Shown one piece after another: positions 8,678 through 16,508 of a DNA stretch of 54,154 nt. The notes under the pieces are model-generated. The model had not been told where the DNA came from. It searched no databases and was given only the letters and a program-made list of their open reading frames with translations. Positions within the stretch are counted from its first letter, which is position 1; every line of letters begins with the position of its first letter. The stretch is taken from positions 1-54,154 of the IMG/VR virus record IMGVR_UViG_3300042889_000421; one strand, 5' to 3'. The position numbers and the translations under genes are program-made. Origin of the DNA: a virus (Duplodnaviria > Caudoviricetes).

Positions 8678-10786
8678 ATGAAATCATTTAAAGAATATAT
8701 TGCTCTAGAAGAAGCAAAGATAGATGATTATAAAGCACAAGAATCTTCTATATCTACTGAACATGATCCTGACGCAACTATTAAAGAACCTTCTGATATA
8801 GTAGATCATTTTCATGCCCATAATCCCACTGGTGACATTAATCACACTAAATGGGTAGTTGGACAGTATAAGAAAGGTTTAATCAAACAGGAAGATGCTC
8901 CTGCCATGAAAGATCTTCTAACAAACTTCAACAAGTTTAAGGATAAACTCCTAAAGAAGAAGATTGAGCAATATAAGACTCACGCAGAACTTCAACATGC
9001 TATTGCACCACATATAGGAACCTCTACTTCCGAGAAACAATCTGCACAGATTGAAAAGGATATGGATGAAGGTACCACACTTGTGCATTCAACACCTAAT
9101 ATGACATTAAGACATATTCATACTAAAGAAGGATCTATTGCTGCTTCTAAATATCCTGATGGTAAAAGACCATCTTGGTGTACTGCAAGAGAAGATTCAC
9201 AGAATATGTTTGACCATTATAATAGTAGAACTGGTGGAAAATTCTTTGTAGCACATTTGCCTAATGAGAAACCACCATTTCATAAAATTGGTATTGCAGT
9301 TGGTGCAAATGAATTTCAAGATGCAGACAACACAAAATTAGAAGATCGTAGATTAAAGACTTTAGTAGATAGAAATCCAGAAATGAAAGAAATACCAGAA
9401 CTTCAAGGTGCTTCTATTCATACTACTAAACCGGAAAATGTTGAGAAACATATTCATGATTTGATGGACAATGATCCAGAAGATACCAGAGATGAAATAT
9501 TTAACAATTCAGAAAAATATACAAAGCACTTAAAACTATTTCATCTTAAAAAAGTACACGACACAATTAATCAATATGATGATGAAATGGAAAAGGCAGA
9601 AGATGAAGATGATTCTGTTAAGAATTCTAAGTTCAAAAGTGTATTAAAAGAACTAGCTCGTGGTACTGGTAATCCAGAAACATTAGAACATCTCTCCAAG
9701 CATCCTGATGATGGTGTAAAAGCTGCAGTTGCTAGAAACTATTCAACACCAAAGATTGTTAGAAAGCAATTCCTAGATCATCCTAATCCAATTGTTAGGG
9801 GTTCAGTAGAACTTAGAGATTTTCCTGAAAGAATAAGAGCAGAAACAGTTGCTAAAGAAACTAATCCTAGTGTAATAGCTAAACATGTTACTGGTGATGA
9901 TTCTCTTGATGTTCAGAAAGCAGCATTAGCAAATACTAATACTGGTTCAGATGCTCTTGGTAATATTGGAGCAATTTCTCATCATCCAGAAATCCACAAA
10001 GCAATTTTAGAACACCCAAAAACTGATGCTCCTGCATTAGAACTTTTGGTTAGAAATAATGTAGCTTTACATAATCATGCAAAGGAAATTTTAAATCACC
10101 CCAAAGCATCTTCAGATACTTTATCATATCTTGGTAGGAATGTGATGAATAAAGACATTATGCATGATATTATTAAACACCCCAATACTGATGCAGAAAC
10201 CTTATCATCAATGTCTAGAAATACCGGACAGCCAGATATTCATCAAGCAATTCTTAAACACCCTAAAGTTGATAGAAGAGCAATTGATCAAATTGCAGAG
10301 TCTACACATGATGAAGGTGTGATTAAATCTATTGTAAAACATCCTGAAACGCAAGGAAATGCTTTGCACCAAATTTCTATGAAAAAGGATGATCCAGAGA
10401 TTCAAAAAGCAATTATAAAACACCCAAATGTGGATAAGTATGCTCTTGGTTCTATTGCTAGAAGAAGAGCCGATATAGAAGTTCAAAAGGCAGTAATTGA
10501 ACACCCAAAATCAACTCTTGGTGTTATCAATGATATTGTTGATAAGAATCCTTCACATGATATTCTGCACCATATACTAAATAATCATCATGGTAGATTG
10601 ACACATGCTACTTTGAATGGTATAAAACGTGGATTGGGAAGTAAAGTCCCAGAGATATATGATAATTCTCATGCTACCCAAGAACATATAGATGCTGTTA
10701 GAAATGAAGGAAAACCTGTAGTCACACCAAAGAAAGCACCAGCAAAAAAACTAGATTTATATTCAGACGATTGGTTCAAAGAATGA
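8678..10786 (+). CDS. Putative internal head protein: targeting peptide + WCT domain + HPK repeats
   Basis: Starts MKSFKEYIALEE; PSWCTARE..NMFDHY; PEIHKAILEHPK repeats. Confidence 0.7.
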   Translation: MKSFKEYIALEEAKIDDYKAQESSISTEHDPDATIKEPSDIVDHFHAHNPTGDINHTKWVVGQYKKGLIKQEDAPAMKDLLTNFNKFKDKLLKKKIEQYKTHAELQHAIAPHIGTSTSEKQSAQIEKDMDEGTTLVHSTPNMTLRHIHTKEGSIAASKYPDGKRPSWCTAREDSQNMFDHYNSRTGGKFFVAHLPNEKPPFHKIGIAVGANEFQDADNTKLEDRRLKTLVDRNPEMKEIPELQGASIHTTKPENVEKHIHDLMDNDPEDTRDEIFNNSEKYTKHLKLFHLKKVHDTINQYDDEMEKAEDEDDSVKNSKFKSVLKELARGTGNPETLEHLSKHPDDGVKAAVARNYSTPKIVRKQFLDHPNPIVRGSVELRDFPERIRAETVAKETNPSVIAKHVTGDDSLDVQKAALANTNTGSDALGNIGAISHHPEIHKAILEHPKTDAPALELLVRNNVALHNHAKEILNHPKASSDTLSYLGRNVMNKDIMHDIIKHPNTDAETLSSMSRNTGQPDIHQAILKHPKVDRRAIDQIAESTHDEGVIKSIVKHPETQGNALHQISMKKDDPEIQKAIIKHPNVDKYALGSIARRRADIEVQKAVIEHPKSTLGVINDIVDKNPSHDILHHILNNHHGRLTHATLNGIKRGLGSKVPEIYDNSHATQEHIDAVRNEGKPVVTPKKAPAKKLDLYSDDWFKE

Positions 10787-11331
10787 AAACTTTTAAAGAA
10801 TTCATATCTGAGAGTAGTAAACAACTTATTCATAGAATAGACAACACTCAGATAGATAATTTCAACCATAAACTGAATACATATCACCATACTGCTGATT
10901 GGACTGAATCTGGACAAGCACACCCTAAAGATATTCCAGAAGAAGGCTTTGTTAAGTCTAGGGGTTTATTTGGTGGAGATCTCCATGCTATTGCACCATA
11001 TACTACACCGAGAGGTACTAGATTCATACAACATTATGATGATAAGGGTAAGTCAAATATTATGTTTCATGATAAAGATAAACATCTTATAATTGCTCAC
11101 CAACCCATACTATCATCTTTTCCAAAGAGTAGATTCAAATATCTTGAAAACTCTGGAGAACATTTCAGTATTAATCCAGGTATACCTATACAGCAAATTG
11201 TTATTAAGAATCCTATCAATTTCATGAAACGGCAAGGACATAAGGTAATCTTTGTTCCTAATCTAGATCATGCTAAGAAAAAATTAGAACAATCTGGAAT
11301 AAACCACAATGTAGAAGGAGAGTTTGAATGA
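10783..11331 (+). CDS. Putative internal head protein
   Basis: True start MKTFKEFISE at 10783 (ATGA overlap). Confidence 0.7.
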   Translation: MKTFKEFISESSKQLIHRIDNTQIDNFNHKLNTYHHTADWTESGQAHPKDIPEEGFVKSRGLFGGDLHAIAPYTTPRGTRFIQHYDDKGKSNIMFHDKDKHLIIAHQPILSSFPKSRFKYLENSGEHFSINPGIPIQQIVIKNPINFMKRQGHKVIFVPNLDHAKKKLEQSGINHNVEGEFE

Positions 11332-11459
11332 AAACTTTTAAAGATATCACAATGGGGTTGAATGTTCGTTCAGATAAAAATGCTGGATCTAGAACAATTA
11401 AAGCTGAAGTAGTACCAGAAAAACATATTACAACAATAGACACCAAATGGGAAGGGTAA
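11328..11459 (+). CDS. 43-aa ORF with targeting-like start (not in the ORF track); mini-protein or remnant
   Basis: MKTFKDITMGLNVRSDKNAGSRTIKAEVVPEKHITTIDTKWEG; GGAG RBS; overlaps both neighbours (ATGA, TAATG). Confidence 0.6.
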   Translation: MKTFKDITMGLNVRSDKNAGSRTIKAEVVPEKHITTIDTKWEG

Positions 11460-13210
11460 TGATATCATTTAAACAATTTATAAACGAACACTTATCTTCA
11501 TCTGAGCAAGAAGTTGTAGATGAAATGAAATTAGATTCATCTGCAGGTAAAGAGAACTTCAAAGGAATTATCCCAGAAGGACATTCACACACAGAAATTC
11601 CTATTAGAAACCCATTAGATTTAAAAATCAATGAACATTTAAAGGCTAATCCTGTTACAGATAGAGCAGGTAATCATCTTGGTTATTACAAGAGAGATGA
11701 AGAAGATCATAAAACAGTAGTTCACCCTGATGGAAGAAAGGTTAAGTTATCGGGAGTATTAAAAAGCAATCCTGTATTAGCTAAAGAATTTGCAGAAGTT
11801 GGTTCAAGAGCATCCGCTGAACGTACTAATACTAGATGGACTGCTCCTGCTATTGATACAACTCAAAAAAAGATTTACATATCTAATCACCCTCATGCAT
11901 GTTTTGGTAAATCTCAAGGAAAGCCTTGGAGAAGTTGTGCGGATTGGGGTTCTGGATATGCAGCAAATCATCTTGAATCTGATGTTGAACAAGGTGGTGG
12001 TGCAGCATTCTTAACTCATAAAGATGAACCAACACCAGATAATCCCAGAATGGCATTAGGAAGAGTTGCTATACACCCTTATCATGCTATAGATGAAGCG
12101 GGAAAAATCATTAGAGATGAAAATGGAGGTTCTGCACATACAATTTTAAGAGCATCTTCTAAAAGATATGGTGAAGATGATGCACATGAGAGTTTTCATA
12201 AGAATGTTGCCCAACATCTAGAAGAAAAACACCCAATGATATACTCAAGGTATAAACTTAATTCGCAGGTTTATCAAGGTGATGATGAGGATAACAAGAT
12301 TATTGAAAGACCTCTATCAGAAGAAGAAAAGAAACCTCATATTGAAAATCTTGACTTTGGTGTTAAGATGGGTTATTCATCTCCTGATGATGTTGTTCAT
12401 GCTATTAAACATAATTATTTAACTCAATCACATATTGATACTATAACAAAAACAAAAACTCAGAGTCCATCCCATCTTGAACTAGCAATAGCACATAAGA
12501 ATGGAAAGGTTAAATTATCAAATGATAATATTAATAATATTACAAAACATGGTAATGCTTTAGCATCAGATGAATTATCATTAGCACATAAGACAAAAAG
12601 ACTTCCCGATGAAGCACTTAATAATATTGCTAAGAATCCAACTGCGATTGCTGCACATGAACATTTAACTCAGGCATTTTTGGATAATAAACATCTTCCC
12701 GATTCTGCTATTAATGCTATTGCCAGTAATCCAAAATCACATTGGGCTCATTATAATCTAGCATCTGCTCATGCAAATGGTACTAAAATACCGGATGAAG
12801 CGATTCATTCAATAGTTCAAAACCCAATATCTGCTAATGCTCGTAAAGAATTAATTTCTGGTCATTTGCATGGTAAAAGTATTCCTGATGAAGCTATTGA
12901 TTATATGGCTAAAAATGGGTTTGAGGCAGAACATCATGGTATAGTCCAAGCACATTTAGCTGGTAAGAAAGTATCCGATGAAGCTATTGATCATATAGTA
13001 AAAAGTCCTTTCTCAACAATAGCTCATTCATTGTTAGCTGGTGCTCATGCTGATGGCAGAATAAAATTATCAGATGACCATTTAAATACTATAACAAGTA
13101 ACGACCATTCAAGAGCTGCCCACGATAAGTTAGAATTAGCACACAAAGTTGGTAAAACTCTTCCTGATCAGGCTGTATTCAATCTTAATAAGCGTGGATA
13201 TATGCTGTGA
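11459..13210 (+). CDS. Putative internal head protein: targeting peptide + WxSC domain + ~31-aa PDEA repeats
   Basis: True start MISFKQFINE at 11459; KPWRSCA; [IL]PDEA[IL]xxIxxNP...AH repeats. Confidence 0.7.
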   Translation: MISFKQFINEHLSSSEQEVVDEMKLDSSAGKENFKGIIPEGHSHTEIPIRNPLDLKINEHLKANPVTDRAGNHLGYYKRDEEDHKTVVHPDGRKVKLSGVLKSNPVLAKEFAEVGSRASAERTNTRWTAPAIDTTQKKIYISNHPHACFGKSQGKPWRSCADWGSGYAANHLESDVEQGGGAAFLTHKDEPTPDNPRMALGRVAIHPYHAIDEAGKIIRDENGGSAHTILRASSKRYGEDDAHESFHKNVAQHLEEKHPMIYSRYKLNSQVYQGDDEDNKIIERPLSEEEKKPHIENLDFGVKMGYSSPDDVVHAIKHNYLTQSHIDTITKTKTQSPSHLELAIAHKNGKVKLSNDNINNITKHGNALASDELSLAHKTKRLPDEALNNIAKNPTAIAAHEHLTQAFLDNKHLPDSAINAIASNPKSHWAHYNLASAHANGTKIPDEAIHSIVQNPISANARKELISGHLHGKSIPDEAIDYMAKNGFEAEHHGIVQAHLAGKKVSDEAIDHIVKSPFSTIAHSLLAGAHADGRIKLSDDHLNTITSNDHSRAAHDKLELAHKVGKTLPDQAVFNLNKRGYML

Positions 13211-13605
13211 AGACTTTCAAACAATATTTAAATGAGAATATCATTGTTGGACAACATAAGTTCATTGTAGATCCTGGGTATGATAATCATGAGGCATCTT
13301 TACATCTGTTTAATGTTAATAAAGTAGAGAAATCATTCTCACAGGATAAAGATAAGTATATTGGAAAAGGTGGTACTGGTGCTGGTATAATTAAAGATAG
13401 GTATCCAAGAGTACAAGACTTTATAAAACAAAATAAAGTTATACATTCTTCTTCTGTTGGTGTTGATGATGAAGGGAAGTTAACTTTTAATAATGGTAGA
13501 CATAGATATTCAGCATTTAGAGATATGGGTGTTAAACATATACCAATGTCTTTACATTCTGATGAAGATAGAACAAATGCAAAAAAGTTTGGTTATATTA
13601 ATTGA
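13207..13605 (+). CDS. Putative internal head protein with a ParB/sulfiredoxin-like motif
   Basis: GTG start, MKTFKQYLNE; FNNGRHRYSAFRDMG. Confidence 0.65.
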   Translation: MKTFKQYLNENIIVGQHKFIVDPGYDNHEASLHLFNVNKVEKSFSQDKDKYIGKGGTGAGIIKDRYPRVQDFIKQNKVIHSSSVGVDDEGKLTFNNGRHRYSAFRDMGVKHIPMSLHSDEDRTNAKKFGYIN

Positions 13606-13629
13606 CATTCTCACTTGATGGTTTATAAT
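13602..13629 (+). promoter_or_regulatory. Sigma70-type promoter
   Basis: TTGACA-N16-TATAAT. Confidence 0.85.
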
Positions 13630-13785
13630 GAATCATCAAGTTTTTCTACAACTAAAGGAGTCGCTTATAAGATAAACTGAAGTACCATTCCGTTATAAAA
13701 CTTCAATAAGGCAATGAGTCACCGAAGAATAGGAAAACAATATTAGGATTCTTCTGATATTGTAACTAAAGAATAGGAGAAATAC

Positions 13786-14241
13786 ATGCGATCAATTACA
13801 ATGATCTTATGTCTGTGCTTTATGTCTGCATCTGTTGATGCTCAGACTTTATCACATAAAAAGAATATTATTTCAAAATCAAAGACTGTTATCATTAATG
13901 GTCATATTTCAAAAAGGGATATATTATGCGCTGCTGAGACTTTGTACTCAGAAGCAAGAGGTGAATCATTGACTGGACAACTTGCAGTGGGCGCAACAAT
14001 TGTCAATCGGTCTAAATTATTAAATAAAACCGCATGTAAAGTAGTAAAGCAACAATATACACAAAAACGTATACCTGTTGATGATAAAAAAGAGTTCCAC
14101 AAACTAGCAACAAATATTCTATATGGGAATGTTAAAAACCCAATAGGAAAATTAGATTCTTTTGATTCCTTTAAACATAAACGTCACCCAAGACATAGTG
14201 TTCATATAGGAAATCACTGGTTTTATAAATCTATGTCTTAA
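13786..14241 (+). CDS. SleB-like cell wall hydrolase (Hydrolase_2) with signal peptide
   Basis: CAAETLYSEARGES..GQLAVG.TIVNR and C-terminal IGNHWFY; hydrophobic N-terminus ending VDA. Confidence 0.88.
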   Translation: MRSITMILCLCFMSASVDAQTLSHKKNIISKSKTVIINGHISKRDILCAAETLYSEARGESLTGQLAVGATIVNRSKLLNKTACKVVKQQYTQKRIPVDDKKEFHKLATNILYGNVKNPIGKLDSFDSFKHKRHPRHSVHIGNHWFYKSMS

Positions 14242-14248
14242 TCATATT

Positions 14249-14285
14249 GAAGAGCTATCAGAAAAATATGATAGTTCTTCTTTTT
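14249..14285 (+). terminator. Intrinsic terminator after the hydrolase gene
   Basis: GAAGAGCTATCA / TGATAGTTCTTC stem followed by TTTTT. Confidence 0.75.
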
Positions 14286-14381
14286 CAATTAGTTACAACA
14301 CTTTTATTCATTTTAAATCATTACACCACAAATTAATCGTGTCAATATACACATTATGTGTTTTAAAATGATGTTTTATCA

Positions 14382-14453
14382 TAAGTCTTTGATTTATAAA
14401 CAAAATCATAAAAGTGAAATTCATCCAATAATTTCTTATAAATCAATAGTTTA
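14382..14453. promoter_or_regulatory. Inverted pair of IHF-consensus sites
   Basis: AATCAA-AGAC-TTA on minus (14382-14394) and AATCAA-TAGT-TTA on plus (14441-14453) match WATCAANNNNTTR. Confidence 0.5.
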
Positions 14454-14529
14454 TCAGCATATTGATAAAATTCTGAAAATAAATATATTTTTCTAGAATC
14501 TTTTTTAAATGTATCAGTTTGTGCTACAT

Positions 14530-14676
14530 TTCTGGGGTTTTGGGATTTGAATTCTTCTCTTAGAACTGCACCAACAAATGAAACCCCTTATATTCAAGAA
14601 ACAGCATCTGCTGTAGATTCTGGGGTTTTGGTTACGAAATACATTAATAATGAAATATGTAATCAAAACCCCAGAA
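14530..14676. repeat. TTCTGGGGTTTTG: two direct copies and one inverted copy
   Basis: Copies at 14530 and 14618; reverse complement at 14664-14676. Confidence 0.85.
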
Positions 14677-14703
14677 AAGATTCTTTTATTTTCATCCAAA
14701 AGC

Positions 14704-14732
14704 TTGACAAGCTTGCTTTTCCGTGTTAACAT
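14704..14732 (+). promoter_or_regulatory. Sigma70-like promoter facing a non-coding structured region
   Basis: TTGACA-N17-TAACAT with TG extended -10. Confidence 0.55.
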
Positions 14733-14734
14733 AT

Positions 14735-14950
14735 ATCTGTAGTCCCGTCATGAGATAGCTTGTTCAATATCTTTAAAAGCATATTTAACAGCTTGAACAA
14801 AAAACAACAAATCTTTGAACGGAGCAAAGCGTAGTGAACCCCGAAGGGGACAGAAGCTTGTACAAGTTGTTAAATATCTATAGATCTAAAATATTTAAAT
14901 CTACAGTATCTGCTACAACTTTCTTGGTTCCTCACGATGTTCGGAACTTC
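14735..14950 (+). ncRNA. Candidate structured RNA or replication-origin element
   Basis: 20-bp inverted repeat (14781-14800 / 14858-14877, 18/20) around CCCC-GAA-GGGG; no ORF; upstream promoter. Confidence 0.35.
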
Positions 14951-15138
14951 CTTCCCGTTGGTCAGTCAGAAATTTCAATTTTTGTTACAACAGTTATCTA
15001 ACAAATTACACCAAATGGTTACTTTTTCTTATATAGTCTTATAAGGTTTAGTAACAGATTTATGTAAAATTTACCAGTTATTGGTTGATGTTAATATATT
15101 ATAGATAAGTAGTTTCTTTATATTACAAGGAAATTTAT

Positions 15139-15708
15139 ATGTCTGCAGCCATGTTTTCTCAAATCAATAAATCATTTAAAGGTAATAAAGAGCAACAAGC
15201 ATTTTACCTCTTGATGGATAATATAGACAACGAATCTATTAGAAGCGTTATTGAATGGATTATAGATGCAAATTTTTCTGAAGAGAAACCAGAAATATTA
15301 AACTTAATGATTTGTTCAGGAGGAGGATCTTTATCTGCTGGATTTGCTCTTATAGATGTTATGAGGGGTTCTGGTATTCCTGTAAGAACTATTGGTATTG
15401 GAGAGATTGCTTCTGCTGGTTTAATGATCTTTATGGCAGGTATGAAAGGTGAGCGAGTATTAACACCCAACACTAGTATATTAAGTCATCAATACTCATG
15501 GGGTAGTTCTGGAAAACACCACGAGTTAATTAGTACAACAAAAGCATTTGATCTTACCAGTGATATGTTATTGAGACATTATAAGAAATTCTCTTCATTA
15601 TCAGAAGATAAAATTAAGAAGATACTACTTCCTGCTCATGATGTCTGGTTGAGTTCTGACGAGGCATTGAAATATGGATTGTGTGATATGATCAAAGACC
15701 TTTCATAA
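15139..15708 (+). CDS. clpP: ClpP-like serine protease
   Basis: ICSGGGSL, GEIASAG (Ser), ILSHQ (His), HDVWLSSDEALKYGLCD (Asp). Confidence 0.9.
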   Translation: MSAAMFSQINKSFKGNKEQQAFYLLMDNIDNESIRSVIEWIIDANFSEEKPEILNLMICSGGGSLSAGFALIDVMRGSGIPVRTIGIGEIASAGLMIFMAGMKGERVLTPNTSILSHQYSWGSSGKHHELISTTKAFDLTSDMLLRHYKKFSSLSEDKIKKILLPAHDVWLSSDEALKYGLCDMIKDLS

Positions 15709-15710
15709 GG

Positions 15711-15738
15711 TTGACAGATCATATAATTGTGTTATAAT
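15711..15738 (+). promoter_or_regulatory. Sigma70-type promoter
   Basis: TTGACA-N16-TATAAT with TG extended -10. Confidence 0.85.
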
Positions 15739-15768
15739 AAGTTATTATTAATTGATGGAGTATATGAA

Positions 15769-15990
15769 GTGAGTTTAAAAATGACACCAATAGCTGTTTC
15801 TATTCATAGAGAACAAGAACATCCTTTATTTGGAGAAGGAGTAATTCATCTTAAATTAGAAGATGAGGCAGGTGGTTTCTTCTTCACAGTCAGTCAAGAT
15901 GGTGTGGGATTTAAGATTGATGGTGATGAAATTAACCAATTAGCAATTGCAGCAAAGTTTCTATTAGAAGGTGCAGGTGAGATGATTTAA
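15769..15990 (+). CDS. Hypothetical protein
   Basis: Start moved to GTG 15769 behind a GGAG RBS; track start lies inside the promoter. Confidence 0.65.
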   Translation: MSLKMTPIAVSIHREQEHPLFGEGVIHLKLEDEAGGFFFTVSQDGVGFKIDGDEINQLAIAAKFLLEGAGEMI

Positions 15991-15993
15991 AGT

Positions 15994-16021
15994 TTGACAA
16001 TCTACTAATCCATGTTATAAT
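15994..16021 (+). promoter_or_regulatory. Sigma70-type promoter for the gp33-gp59-gp32 unit
   Basis: TTGACA-N16-TATAAT with TG extended -10. Confidence 0.85.
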
Positions 16022-16041
16022 CTAGTTTTTATGGAGATGAT

Positions 16042-16302
16042 ATGGATTATAAAATTGTGTTAGCATATAGAATGAAAGAATATAAAAATCTGAGAAATAT
16101 GTCAAAGGATTTAGAAAAGAAATTAGCTAAAATTAATATATGGTTTGAAAATTTTCTAATGAAGAATTCTAGATATATTGGGGAAGATTTAGTTGATTGT
16201 TCAGCCAAAATAAGATATAATAAGAAGTGGTTAGAATATGAAGAGATTTTAAAATCTTCTAGATTATGTAAATATTATTTGGAGTTATCAAGTGAGCAAT
16301 GA
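16042..16302 (+). CDS. Hypothetical protein
   Basis: 86 aa, GGAG RBS. Confidence 0.75.
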   Translation: MDYKIVLAYRMKEYKNLRNMSKDLEKKLAKINIWFENFLMKNSRYIGEDLVDCSAKIRYNKKWLEYEEILKSSRLCKYYLELSSEQ

Positions 16303-16507
16303 AACTGATTTTAGCATCTTTATTGAAAAGATGGCATTAGAAAGAAAAATGACTAGATGGGATGCAATGATAGAATATTGTGCTGAGAATTTTATAGATC
16401 CAATAGAAGTTCAACCAAATCTCAGTAAATCTTTAATTTTAAAAATGGAAATAGAATTGCAAGAAGAGGGTAGATTACCAAAACCTACTACTAATAAGAT
16501 AGTATGA
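16292..16507 (+). CDS. gp33: Late transcription coactivator, T4 gp33-like
   Basis: FSIFIEK..DAMIEYCAENFIDP..LSKSLILKME pattern; synteny with 59 and 32. Confidence 0.85.
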   Translation: MSNETDFSIFIEKMALERKMTRWDAMIEYCAENFIDPIEVQPNLSKSLILKMEIELQEEGRLPKPTTNKIV

Positions 16508-16508
16508 A

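Noticed and set aside
14318-14345. Minus-strand promoter from TTGACA at 14345-14340
   Set aside because: No acceptable -10 hexamer at 16-18 bp spacing
14514-14732. Short ORFs 14514-14732 (-) and 14547-14729 (+)
   Set aside because: Non-ATG starts, no RBS, and they overlap inverted repeats and a promoter; likely spurious
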